The notes beneath the pieces are model-generated. The model did no database searches. It was not told the origin of the DNA and was given only the letters and a program-made list of their open reading frames with translations. The translations under genes were made by a program, and so were the position numbers. 64,000 nt of DNA from Mobula hypostoma (Eukaryota). Below are positions 24,888-36,754 of this stretch, in pieces (the first letter of the stretch is position 1; each line of letters begins with the position of its first letter). Location of the stretch: the NCBI RefSeq assembly GCF_963921235.1, contig NC_086097.1, forward strand, positions 152,708,001 through 152,772,000. The letters are read 5' to 3'.

Positions 24888-25603
24888 TACCTCTTCCTGG
24901 AGGTGCTGCCTGGCCTGCTGCGTTCACCAGCAACTTTGAAGTGTGTTGCTTGAATTTCCAGCATCTGCAGAATTCCTCTCGTTTGCGTACCTCAATAAAT
25001 ACAGGTTTCACAAGTGTAGAGCAACCACAACATAGACATGCTCTTTGATCTTTTGTCTCAAAACTGCCTCTTGTCGAGCATATCCTGTGTTCATTAACAA
25101 TGTTCAGCATACACACTGAAATCAATTAAACATTGTAGTGATCACTCCTCCAAATAGTCCACAAACATTTTGGACACAACATTCCTTTGGACCTACAAAA
25201 GGACATTAATATTACGTATAAGCGATCAGCCCAAATCCAAAAAAGAATCGATTAAGTCAACTTGACAGATATTCACGTCTTAATGGTGCCTGAGACTAAG
25301 AAAGAATCCAGCTACAGACATTATACAGACATTAACAGTGTTTAATGTGTACAGACACTTCAAAAACATTACTCACTAGCAGACATACCAACCCGGCATG
25401 CTAAGGGCTCAGAAAGAATTAAATTGTTTTTTACCCTCCAGACATTAATCCAATATTTTACAAAATATAATATAACACATCTTCCATGTTGACTGTGATG
25501 ACTATCAATATTAACTCCATCAGTCTGCATTAGTCATGTATCTCTCTATACTTTTCCTTTATATTCATCTACATAAATGCCTTTTAAACATTGTCATTTT
25601 ATA

Positions 25604-25790
25604 GAGACAAGAGACCGCAGGAACTGGAATCTGTAGAAACGTACAAAAAAGTTGGAGATCTCAGCAGGCCAGGCAGCATTTATGGAGGAAAATTGGCAAT
25701 GAATATTTTGGGTTGAGATCCTTCATGTCCAAATGAATGGTCTCAACATTTAATGTCATCTATCTGTTTTCCTCCATAAATACTACCAAA
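25604..25790. mobile_element. Older PLE-tail-derived short foldback element
   Basis: Inverted pairs ATTTATGGAGGAAAA/TTTTCCTCCATAAAT and GTTGAGATCCTTCAT/ATGAATGGTCTCAAC; shares CAGCAGGCCAGGCAGCAT with the PLE tail. Confidence 0.6.
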
Positions 25791-26202
25791 CATAATAGTT
25801 ATTTCTGTCTCTACCACCTTGCAGCTTACTTCATATATCCATTACCATCTGTGTGGAAAAGTTAAGCTTCAAATTTAATTTAAATGTTTACACTTTTATC
25901 CGAATCCTTTTGTTCTATACTTGCACACCCTCAGGAAGAGATCTGTCTACCTATCTCAAAAGTCTCAAAATATTACAAATTATTCAGAATTAGAAAAGGG
26001 CCCTATCCCTAACTTCACTAAGCATTTTGTAGGTTTAGACAAGATATCCATCTGTGTTTTTGCTGGACAGCCAAAATACCTTAGTGCTGTTAATATAGAA
26101 ACAAAAGATTAGAGGTAATGGTGAAGGTGCCAAACGTGGACAGAATCACAGGGTCATAGAGAGGTACAGGATGGAAAGAAGCTCTTTGGCCCAACGAGTC
26201 AA

Positions 26203-26251
26203 ATAGTCATAGTTATAAGTCATACTTTATTGATCCCGGGGGAAATTGATT
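26203..26251 (-). mobile_element. ~50-bp extreme 5'-truncated Rex1/Babar 3' terminus
   Basis: Reverse complement of CAATTTCCCCCGGGATCAATAAAGTATGAC..., matching 35562-35600. Confidence 0.75.
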
Positions 26252-26990
26252 ATGTTGGCCAAGATGCCCATCCAGGCTAGTAACATTTGCCTGTGTTTGT
26301 CCAATATCCTTCTAAACCATTCATATCCTTCGTTGTCCAGCTTTCTTTTCTTGCTGAAGAGAAAGACCATACATTCTTAATAAATAGATTGGATGCAGTG
26401 TGCTTGAAAGATGGGCAGAAAGTATAGGTGTTGCTTACGACCAGATAAGAGATATAACTATTCTTGAAAGAAATCCAAATGTCTTTGTCGGAAAGATAGA
26501 GTGTAATGGAAGATAATGTGTCTGAATGTCTTTGATGGAAAAATTCATAAGGTCCACCAGGGACTGTACACAGTATATAGAAAGACTAAAGGTTTGTATA
26601 TTCATGATTTAAAGAAAATCAGCCTTTCTAAGTATCAATCTACAGAGGTAGAAATTTTGAGTTTACATTGTGAGTGCAGACAGGCCACTTAATTTAACTT
26701 CAGGATTGACTCATGAGCTCATTTGGCAAGCACATCTGTCAGTGTGAAAAGGCAAATATAACAGAACTTGCACTTATTAAGCCCCAAAAGTATCAAAATG
26801 GCTGTTATTCAGATGAAAATGGGAAAATATAAAGAAGAATAAGACATTCAACCCTGCTTTGCTTTTCAGTAAAATCATGACTAGTCTTAATTCACTGATA
26901 CTGAACCTATAATCCCTTGATTCTCTTAATATTCAAAATACTTTCAATACGCTCTGGGTGAAGTTTTTTTTTCTCATCTCACATTTGAAT

Positions 26991-27383
26991 TGTTCCAAGG
27001 ACGTGGCTGGGGACGAACCCAAGATTAGGACACAGGCACGGAGGTAGGGTCGTGAGGCATTAGTGCAGCCGCAAATGTGGAACGGGCATTCAGGAGAATC
27101 TTTACACGGAGACAAGGTTTATGGAGATTATCCAGGGAATGGTGGGGAGCTTAGAACTACCAGTCCTAAGGAATCAGGAAATGAGGTTTATACACACTAG
27201 AATAGACCAACAAACTGGAGAAGCATGACAGTGACACCAGGGTTCTTATCCTCAGTTCGCTGATGGAAAGCTGGTGTGCTGTAATTAATTAAAACTAGGA
27301 ACAATTGGAAATCAGACGAGAGGATTAAGACCTAATCAAGGAGATAATAGCAAGATGGGGCATTGCCGGACGGGACCGTAACA
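26991..27383. mobile_element. Solo LTR (393 bp)
   Basis: TGTT...AACA termini; TGAAT TSD at 26986-26990 and 27384-27388; the flanking CR1 fragment is contiguous across it. Confidence 0.8.
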
Positions 27384-27492
27384 TGAATGGCTGATGCCTT
27401 ATTTTAAGATGGGCCAAAGGACCTGTTTCCATGCTGTTTTATGTTATCACTCTGTGAGACTGTGATTCCTGGTTCTAGGAATCCTGGCTAGC

Positions 27493-27990
27493 GTAGGTTC
27501 ATAAGGTTAATTCCCAGGATGGCGGGACTGTCATATGTTGAAAGATTGGAGCGACTGGGCTTGTATACACTAGAATTTAGAAGGATAAGAGTGGATCTGA
27601 TTGAAACATATAAGATTATTAAGGGATTGGACATGCTGGAGGCAGGAAGCATGTTCCCGCTGATGGGTGAGTCCAGAACCAAAGGCCACAGTTTAAGAAT
27701 AAGGGGTAGGCCATTTAGAACGGAGTTGAGGAAAAACTTTTTCACCCAGAGAGTGGTGGATATGTGGAATGCTCTGCCCCAGAAGGCAGGGAGGCCAAGT
27801 CTCTGGATGTTTTCAAGAAAGAGATGGATAGAGCTCTTAAAGATAGCGGAATCAAAGGTTATGGGGATAAGGCAGGAAATGGATATTGATTGTGGATGAT
27901 CAGCCATGATCACAATGAATGGCAGTGCTGGCTCGAAGGGCCAAATGACCTACTCCCGCACCTATTGTCTATTGTCTATTATTGTCTATT
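27493..27990 (+). mobile_element. CR1 LINE 3' end
   Basis: GLSYVERLERLGLYTLEFRRIRVDLIETYKIIKG...RKNFFTQRVV; (CTATTGT)n tail. Confidence 0.92.
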
Positions 27991-28216
27991 GCCAGGAGAA
28001 ACAGCATTTCTGTATTTACCTTGTGGAACCTGATGAGAGTTTTGTATGTTTTATTAATAAAGGAGAAATGTGTTATTACAATTATATATTGCCTTGCTGA
28101 GGCTACATCTGGATTATTTTGTAAAATTTAGTCTGCTTGCCTACAATAGGAATGCGAGAGAAATTTAGCATACACCTTAGGATGACAGCTCTCTTATGTA
28201 AAGAAAAATGGACTGC

Positions 28217-29248
28217 TAAACTCTGATGAGCATCTCTGACTCCATCACACTGAGCATTGGATCCCCACAAGGCTGTGTGCTTAGCCCATTGCTGTTTACA
28301 CTGCTAACACATGACTGTGCAGCCAGATTCAAGGAGAACCTGATCATTAAATTTGCAGATGATACCACAGTGGTGGGGCTCATCAGCAAAAATGATGAAA
28401 CTATGTACAGGGAGGAGGTCAAACACCTAGAGAGCTGGTGCAAGGATAACAACTTGATGCTTAATGTCACCAAAACCAAGGAGATGATTGTCGATTTCAG
28501 ACGGTCTCAGCCTGAGCACACACCCCTCAGCATCAGCGGCTCCACTGTGGAGAGAGTGGAAAACATCAAGTTCCTTGGGGTGCAGATCTCGGACAATCTA
28601 ACCTGGTCCAGGAACACCACTGGGATTGTGAAACAGGCCCAGCAGAGATTGCACTTTCTGAGGAAGCTTAAACAAGCATCACTCCCCACTAACATCTTAA
28701 CTACATTCTACAGAGGCGTGGTTGAGAGTGTGCTGACCTTTTGCATCACAACCTGGTACTCCAGCTGCAGTGCTGTTGACAAAAAAGCCTTGCAGAGGGC
28801 GGTTAGGGGAGCAGAGAAGGTTATTGGGGTCTCCCTACCTTCTGTCCAAGACCTCTTTCAGAGTCGATGCCTCCAGAAGACACGGTACATCATTAAAGAC
28901 CCCTCACACCCTCTCCACGAACTGTTTGTTCTAATGCCATCAGGCAAATGTTACAGGAGCATCAAAACTAAAACCACAAAGCTATTAAACAGCTTCCTCC
29001 CACAGGCTGTCAGACTGCTAAATAGCTGATCTACCTGACTCTGCTTTGGACACTTTTAACTTACACTGGACACTTATAACTTGATTTTAACTGACATGTG
29101 GCTGTTGTGTTTTACTATTTATTGTTATGCTTATTATTTAGTGTTGCGTTTGTTATGTTATGATTGCACTGCTCCTGAGAAACGCTGTCTCATTCTGCCC
29201 TGCAGAACTGATGTACGGTTAGAATGACAATAAAGTTTTTTGAATCTT
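28217..29248 (+). mobile_element. Rex1/Babar LINE, 5'-truncated, uninterrupted 267-codon RT C-terminal frame
   Basis: ORF 28226-29029 (GSPQGCVLSPLLFTLLTHDC...KFADDTTVVGLI...SFLPQAVRLLNS); UTR ends AATAAAGTTTTTTGAATC. Confidence 0.93.
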
Positions 29249-30239
29249 ATATTTGGAAAACAAGTGAAGAGTTGAGCTGTACAATATACTTTTAGGGCTA
29301 AACAGGCTAGATGCAAAGATAATGCCTTTACTCACCATGGAGTCTAAAATTAAGAGTTTTTTTCATAAATGGATATATCATTTAGGACTGAAATGAAATT
29401 TCTTCATTTAGAGGGTAGTGAGTCTTTGGAATTTTCTATTCTAGAACATTACAGAGGTTCAGTCATGGTTTTCAACAACAAGGGGACTGATAGGCTTCAG
29501 GATTTGGGTAGAATCTAGGGATTGGTAGACATGACAGAAAAATGGTGTTAATAGAAAGGATCGGCCATCTTAAATAGCAGAGTAAGCTTAAGGAGCTAAC
29601 ATGCCATTTGGCTTTCTAACTAATTGTTGCACTTGGATGCTTGCTTTTAGTGACATTCAGAATCCATCACTATTCATACCATAATCTATCTTGTTCTCAG
29701 AAGCAGAATGGATAACTGCACAAAATCCATCTCTACTGCAACTATCTTTCATTGCCCATTCACTTAACTTGCTTAAAACACATTGGAGCCCTATTTTGCA
29801 TTCTCCACGTGGCTCTCATTCCACTCCTCTCCCCCACCCCCACCCATTCTTCCATAAGTGTTGTCTCATTTGGCAACTTGAATAGACTACATTTAATCCT
29901 CTCATCTAAATCAACATTAAATATTGTGAAGAGCTGGAGCTCAAGCACTTAACCTGCCAGCACTTCACTAGTCACTGCCTGCCGCTCAGGAAAAAGGCAT
30001 GCTTATTTCTATTTGCAGTTTTTCTCTCTGTCAATTAATGCTCTGCCCATGCCTCTGTGTTACTCCATGTTTATGTGTTTTAATTTTGAAAACTATTCTC
30101 AAATGTGGGACCTTATCCAAAACCCTTTTAAACATCCAAATTCACCACATCACTGATTGTCCCTTATTTATTCTACTGGTTACAATCTTAACAAACTCCA
30201 GTTGTTTTTTTAAGAATGATTTCCTTTCTACCATCTCAT

Positions 30240-30895
30240 ATATTGTCCAAACCCATTACTTCCAGTTAGATGGCGTGCACTTGGTTTCAGCTGCCACTCT
30301 AGGTCCAACAAATGGTACAAGCGTGTGTCTTAAACATTTGTCTTGTGATTGCTGTTGGCCATTGGTTATATACTGTAAAACACTGCAGGTTTATTTCATT
30401 GGTTCATTGATCATTGACCTTGGTTGTTGCCTGGACTAGGTCCTCCTGCCACAATATCACATGGTACACCAACTCAGGGGAAGAGGCATCAGAGGCTGTG
30501 TGGGAGAGAACAGAGATGCAGGCCAGCTCTCCCATTGATGCTGCTCTCCAGTGTTTGTTCCTTGGAAGGGAAGCTGGATTGCATCGTCTGCTGCTGACAC
30601 AGCATGAGACAAGCTGATTTGCCTTCATCGAGGAACTGTTGTGTACCTGTTCTTGCAGAGACGTAGCTCCAGGACAACATCCCACATGCCATCAATCTTC
30701 AGCCTATTACTCTCAGTGACTTGTGCTAATATTACTTATTGTGACTGTATACGTTATTGTTCCTAAATGTGCTTTGTGCTGTGTGTGATTGTATGTATTA
30801 TGTTTGGCACCTTGACCCTGAAGGAACAGTGCTTCATTTAGCTGTATAAATGTTACTATAGCAGGTGTATGTTTACATCACAAACTTGAAGTTAA
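30240..30895 (+). mobile_element. Non-autonomous non-coding retroposon with Rex1-like 3' tail
   Basis: 3' part (TGTGCTGTGTGTGATTG...GCACCTTGACCCTGAAGGAACAG...TTCATTTAGCTG...AACTTGAAG) is homologous to 51375-51495. 5' boundary uncertain. Confidence 0.5.
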
Positions 30896-33219
30896 TGCTT
30901 TCCATGTGCAACAAAAAGTCTGCTGGATGAACTCAGCAGGTCAAACTGCATGATGCACGGTTTCAGCATGAAACATCAACAGTTCATAGACTCAGAGTCT
31001 CCCACTGAGTTGCTCCAGCAGATTGTTTGTACAGCAGATTCCAGCATTTATAGTCTCCATGCCTTCCGTATGTTCTATTGTGACAGAATATGAGTATTTT
31101 CACTACTACTGATGTTAGGTTTGTTGATTTGTAATTCCCTAACTTTTCCCTTATTTATTTATGAGGTTACATTTGACTTGATTCAGAGTGGAAAGAATTT
31201 TGTAACAATACATCCACGATTTCCAGGGCCATTTTCTCTAGCACTCCTTTGTAAGTACAGAATCAAATGATTTCTATAGTTGTTCTGTCATCTCTTTGTT
31301 TCCAATTACAACTTAACCCAAGTTGGGAAGATTACAACTTTCCTAACTTTCCCTTCACACATTTATTGAAGATTATACCATCTGTTTTATGTTCCAGAAA
31401 TCAAGTTTTTATATACCATCTTCCACTCTTAATCATTTCTTTCGTCCTCCTTTGCAGTTTGGTAATCTTTTCTAACCTACAGTCCGATGGCTTTTGAATT
31501 TGAAATGTCTGTGCCTCATCGTCAGGTCTAATACATAATGAATAAGACAGTGGAGATAAACTGGATAAAACTTGAAAGTATGCAATGACTCAAACTTGTA
31601 TGGATGGGTACAAGTCATGCACAAAATCTATCCTGTCTGCTCATTAGACTATGTTCAATGACTGGCTGAAATAATTACACTCTTCATTGCCTTAAGTACA
31701 TTGCCCATTTTGTTAGTGGCTAGAAAAAGTTGAAGCTGACTTTCACTAGTAAAAACCATTCTGCACCAGGTTAATGTTTTTCTGTTGGTAGTGGCAGTTC
31801 AGCTACTGGAAGAGGCATCAAAGGACAAAAGAAAGGTAGTCCAATATTTAAGTTTTCTTTGTAAAGAAAAGATCTTTGTGGGTCCAAGAGAGGATATATT
31901 AAGTTTTGTCCCTTCGTGACTTCATGAAGGGATCAGCATTATAAAATTTAAACAAGAAATACAATAAAGATGACTTAAGTATTTTAATACTAAATCACTA
32001 AGGCACATAAAAATGACAAGAAGCTGCCAAGAACCAGCAGTCACAAGATTCGCTGTTCAACTGCTTGAGTTAATTTCTAACAGACTGTGTTAAGGATTAA
32101 GTTCTTGTTTAGTTCTGCATCACTTTCTCTCAAGTGAAACAAATCGGCCTTTTAATCTCCTGCTGACTGGAAATGTTCAGAGGCCTGCCATCTGTACTTG
32201 TAATGCAGTGTCATTTTTCACTTATCCCATCCAAAATGCCTCTAATATTGCTGAGCAAATGAAGGCCAGGTTCAGCAAAAAAACCAATGGAAGTTAATAT
32301 ATACAGATCAGTTATTAGATCTCAGTTCTACCTGGTTTTCCTCGTTGAGTATTTTTGATTTGAATGCATTTAATTCTTCATATCCTTAAATATCAATATT
32401 TTCATCACTGATACGCCAAAACTTGATGAGCTCAATGGAAATAATGTTGCAAATAGTCAAAGTGATGAATACAATATAAGGTTACAGCTCCGCAGTATAA
32501 AAGGCATTGCTTTGTTTCAACTGGCCCTATATAAGAAATGCAACCAGAAAGGAGGTATTGAAATTTGTACCTGGGAACAAAGATAAAGCTTTTGTCATTA
32601 GTTACAGGGAATTTATTCACAAGCTAATGGCAAAGATGGGGTTCAAAATCTCAAAGGTATTTGAGTGTTGCATGGAGGTGATACAGGGCAAGAAAAACGG
32701 TTTTGAGACACAAGAGACTGAAGACACTGGAATCTGGAGAAACATACAAGATGCTGGAGGACTACAGTGGATCAGAGAGCATGAACGGAGGGGAAATGGA
32801 CAGTCAGCATTTTTGGAAGGAACATTTCATCAGTCCAAATGAACTGTATTATCCCAAAATATTTAGTTTTCATTTCTCATAAAAGGAAAGGGCTAGTTCA
32901 GTCTTAAAATTAGCAAAATCACCAAAGGACAGAAGATAGAAGGGGAAAGGAAGGGAGCAAAACCTTATCTTCAAAATCAGAATCGAGTTTAATACCACCA
33001 GCATATATAGTGAAATTTGTTAACTAGAGGCAGCAGTACAATGCAATACAGGATAATCTAGAAATAATAAGTAAATCAGTTGCAGTTAAAGCTGTTCCTG
33101 AATGGCTGAGTGTGTGTCTTCAGGCTTCTGTATCTCCTTGTAAGCAATTAAGCAAAAGGGGAAAGATGAACTATTGGTAGAACTGCAAGGATAACATATA
33201 GAACATATTGGGCTAGAAC

Positions 33220-35600
33220 ACTGCCCAACTTCACGCAGTATGTGAGCTGTACAACCAGAGGGGAGAGGACTCTGGATTTAATGTACGCTAACGTTAAGGA
33301 TGCATACAGCTCCTCTCCCCTCCCCCAACTGGGAAGGTCAGATCACAACCTGGTGCATCTAAAACCCTGCTACATGCCTCTGATGAAGAGTAAACGTGCA
33401 ACCTCGAGGACAGTGAGAAAATGGTCGGAGGAGGTTTATGAGGCGCTCCAGGGTTGTTTTGAGGTGACAGACTGGCAGGCACTCTGTGAACCACATGGAG
33501 AGGATATTGATGGGCTCACAGAGTGCACCACTGATTACATTAACTTCTGTGTGGACTGCAATGTTCCGACAAGAACTGTCCTTTGTTATTCAAATAACAA
33601 GCCATGGGTGACAAAGGACATTAAGGACATCCTGAATGCTAAAAAGAGGGTGTTTAGAGATGGAAAAAGGGAGGAGCTGAGGGCAATACAGAGGGACCTG
33701 AAAGCCAGGATCAGGGAGGCTAAAGACAGGTACAGGAGGAAGCTTGAGTGGAAACTCCAGCAGAACAACATGAGAGTGGTCTGGAGGGGGATGAGGACCA
33801 TCACTGGGTTCCGGCAAACTTGCAACAGAGGAGCGGAAGGCAGGTTGGACAGGGCCAATGAACTTAACCTGTTCTTTAACAGAATTGACATTGTGGCCCC
33901 TGCCCATCCCACACACGAGCCAACTGTTGTCGGCCCCCAGCCAACACATATTCCACTCTCCCCTCCTACCCCTCCTCACAGTCCCCCACCCTGCTCTCAT
34001 GACTATACCCCTTCCCCACACGAAACCACCACGGTCGGCTTCATAGCTGAACAGGTGAGAAGACAGCTGAAACGTCTCAACCCAAGCAAGGCTGCAGGAC
34101 CGGATGGTGTCAGTACCAGGGTATTCAAAACCTGTGCCCCTCAGCTATGTGGAGTACTTCGCCATGTATTCAACCTGAGCCTGAGGCTCCGGAGGGTTCC
34201 TGTGCTGGGGAAGACGTCCTACCTTGTCCCTGTGCCGAAGACGCCACGCCCCAGCGGCCTCAATGAGTACAGACAGTTGGCATTGACCTCCCACATCATG
34301 AAGACCCTGGAGAGACTTGTTCTGGAGTTGCTCTGGCCTATGGTCAGGCCAAACTTAGATCCCCTACAGTTCGCCTGCCAGCTCCGACTAGGAGTTGAGG
34401 ATGCCATCGTCTACCTGCTGAACCGTGTCTATGCCCACCTGGACAAGCCAGTGAGCACTGTGAGGGTCATGTTTTTTGACTTCTCCAGTGCATTCAACAC
34501 CATCCGCCCTGCTCTGCTGCGGGAGAAGCTGACAGCGATGCAGGTGGATACTTTCCTGGTATCATGGATTCTTGATTACCTGACTGGCAGACCACAGTAT
34601 GTGTGCTTGCAACACTGTGTGTCCGACAGACTGATCAGCAGCACTAGGGCTCCACAGGGGACTGTCTTGTCTCTCTTTCTCTTCACCATTTACACCTCGG
34701 ACTTCAATTACTGCACAGAGTCTTGTCTTCTTCAGAAGTTCTCTGATGACTCTGCCATAGTTGGATGCATCAGCAAGGAAGATGAGGCTGAGTACAGGGC
34801 TACGGTAGGAAACTTTGTCACATGGTGTGAGCAGAATTATCTGCAGCTTAATGTGAAAAAAACTAAGGAGCTGGTGGTAGACCTGAGGAGAGCCAATTTA
34901 CTGGTGACCCCTGTTTCCATCCAAAGGGTCAGTGTGGACATGGTGGAGGATTACAAATACCTGGGGGTACGAATTGACAATAAACTGGACCGGTCAAAGA
35001 ATACTGAGGATGTCTACAAGAAGGGTCAGAGCCGTCTCTATTTCCTGAGGAGACTGAGGTCCTTTAACATCTGTTGGACAATGCTGAGGGTGTTCTACGA
35101 GTCTGTGGTGGCCAGTACGATCATGTTTGCTGTTGTGTGCTGGGGCAGCAGGCTAAGGGTAGCAGACACCAACAGAATCAACAAACTCATCCATAAGGCC
35201 AGTGATGTTGTGGGGATGGAACTGGACACTCTGACGGTGGTGTCTGAAAAGAGGATGCTGTCCAAGTTGCAAGCCATCTTGGACAATGTCTCCCATCCAC
35301 TACATAATGTACTGGGTGGGCACAGGAGTACATTCAGCCAGAGACTCATTCCACCGAGATGCAACACTGAGCGTCATAGGAAGTCATTCCTGCCTGTGGC
35401 CATCAAACTTTACAACTCCTCCCTTGGAGGGTCAGACACCCTGAGCCAATAGGCTGATCCTGGACTTATTTCATAATTTACTGGCATAATTTACATACTA
35501 CTATTTAACTATTTATGGTTCTATTACTATTTATTATTTATGGTGCAACTGTAACGAAAACCAATTTCCCCCGGGATCAATAAAGTATGACCATGACTAT
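33220..35600 (+). mobile_element. Rex1/Babar LINE, 5'-truncated within the endonuclease, with 3' UTR
   Basis: Contains the 736-aa ORF; 3' end CCCCCGGGATCAATAAAGTATGACCATGACTAT. Confidence 0.95.
33242..35452 (+). CDS. Rex1/Babar pol ORF (APE C-terminus and reverse transcriptase), open but 5'-incomplete
   Basis: TRGERTLDL, LGRSDHNLV, KAAGPDGV, MFFDFSSAFNTI, APQGTVLS, KFSDD, YKYLG, SFLPVAIKLYN. The annotated start is not a real ATG. Confidence 0.85.
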   Translation: MSCTTRGERTLDLMYANVKDAYSSSPLPQLGRSDHNLVHLKPCYMPLMKSKRATSRTVRKWSEEVYEALQGCFEVTDWQALCEPHGEDIDGLTECTTDYINFCVDCNVPTRTVLCYSNNKPWVTKDIKDILNAKKRVFRDGKREELRAIQRDLKARIREAKDRYRRKLEWKLQQNNMRVVWRGMRTITGFRQTCNRGAEGRLDRANELNLFFNRIDIVAPAHPTHEPTVVGPQPTHIPLSPPTPPHSPPPCSHDYTPSPHETTTVGFIAEQVRRQLKRLNPSKAAGPDGVSTRVFKTCAPQLCGVLRHVFNLSLRLRRVPVLGKTSYLVPVPKTPRPSGLNEYRQLALTSHIMKTLERLVLELLWPMVRPNLDPLQFACQLRLGVEDAIVYLLNRVYAHLDKPVSTVRVMFFDFSSAFNTIRPALLREKLTAMQVDTFLVSWILDYLTGRPQYVCLQHCVSDRLISSTRAPQGTVLSLFLFTIYTSDFNYCTESCLLQKFSDDSAIVGCISKEDEAEYRATVGNFVTWCEQNYLQLNVKKTKELVVDLRRANLLVTPVSIQRVSVDMVEDYKYLGVRIDNKLDRSKNTEDVYKKGQSRLYFLRRLRSFNICWTMLRVFYESVVASTIMFAVVCWGSRLRVADTNRINKLIHKASDVVGMELDTLTVVSEKRMLSKLQAILDNVSHPLHNVLGGHRSTFSQRLIPPRCNTERHRKSFLPVAIKLYNSSLGGSDTLSQ

Positions 35601-36754
35601 TATAGGACAGCCAGGGTTTGGAGGGAGAGGAAAGATTCTGTGATGACTAATGTTTTCAACGGCATGAATGGTAGGAGGAATAAGGGAGGCCATGAAAAGT
35701 TAACTGAGTGTGAGCAAACATGCAATTTTTCTGATTTTGTGTTTTAGTTATACTTAGACAACAAATTGCACATGCCATATTGCCTTTCCAGGAAAGTTAT
35801 CAACCATAAGTTAACACTGAATCATGATAAAGACCTATTGAGGAATGTACATAGCCAATAGTACTATGGAGGTAACACAAAGGAGAAAATCATAATAGAG
35901 AGGTGAAGAAGTTTTGAATAGAAACTTGAGCGGCTGGGCTATTGACAGTGAAGGAATATGAACCATTTGTGGAATAATTATACAGTACTGAGTGTTGAAG
36001 AAGAGGCCTAAAATGGGTTTAAGGTAAATTTATTATCAAATTATATATATGTCACCATATACTACCTTTAGATACACTTCTCAGAGGAGACATATTAAAG
36101 CATTGCACAGCCGAGAGTGGTTACAGAGGCAGGAAGTATACTGACTATGGAAGGATCTGTAAAAAGGATGAGAAATTTATAGCAACATGCACAAATGCTG
36201 GAGGAACTCAACAGGTCAGGCAATGCAGGGCAATTCTTAATTGAAAATTGATGTTAACCATTGTAATGATTAATCAGTACATGGTACAAGCAATGTGCGG
36301 TCAACATGTAAAAAGTTAAAGATGGACCAATAAGACGTTTATATCTGCTTTCCCATGCCATTAGTAGCTTTGATGTTAGGTATTTTGGAATTATGATAGT
36401 GACATTGAAAGAACAGCTGGGGGATTCAACAAGGTATTCCACATATATTGAGTACATTGGTACAGTTCAACTCCACAGATGGATAGAGTATGATAAGAGA
36501 AAAGCTGTCATTACTTCATGTCTCCAATTGCAGATATATCTAAAATCTTTGAATAAACGAAACATTATTTTCCCAATGTCCACTGAAGAGGAGCTAGAAA
36601 CATAAAAAGATAAAACTCAAGAGCCAGAGTAGACCATTCAATCCCTGGAGTCTTTTTCATCATTCAACACAATCATGGTTGATCTTGCTTTCTCCCCATA
36701 TCCCTTGATCTCTTAATTGGTACTGATATTGGTTCATTATTGGCACAAGTACCA

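Larger units (their letters stand above)
24610..24986. mobile_element. Non-coding PLE-derived mini-element: one inverted and two tandem hammerhead-bearing terminal repeats
   Basis: 24610-24722 is inverted relative to 24740-24835 and 24838-24950. All are homologous to 1915-2060. TSD GTACCTCAATAAA at 24596-24608 and 24987-24999. Confidence 0.9.

Noticed and set aside
24610..24960. Repeated ~98-bp units as a CRISPR array
   Set aside because: No unique spacers and no cas genes; eukaryotic context; the units are PLE terminal repeats.
29999..30439. 146-aa ORF as a host gene
   Set aside because: Antisense to a decayed CR1 fragment and runs into another repeat; no recognisable domain.
33242..35452. 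Bacterial retron, group II intron or other prokaryotic RT system
   Set aside because: APE endonuclease remnant, Rex1-type motifs and a LINE 3' UTR with repeat tail identify a vertebrate non-LTR retrotransposon.
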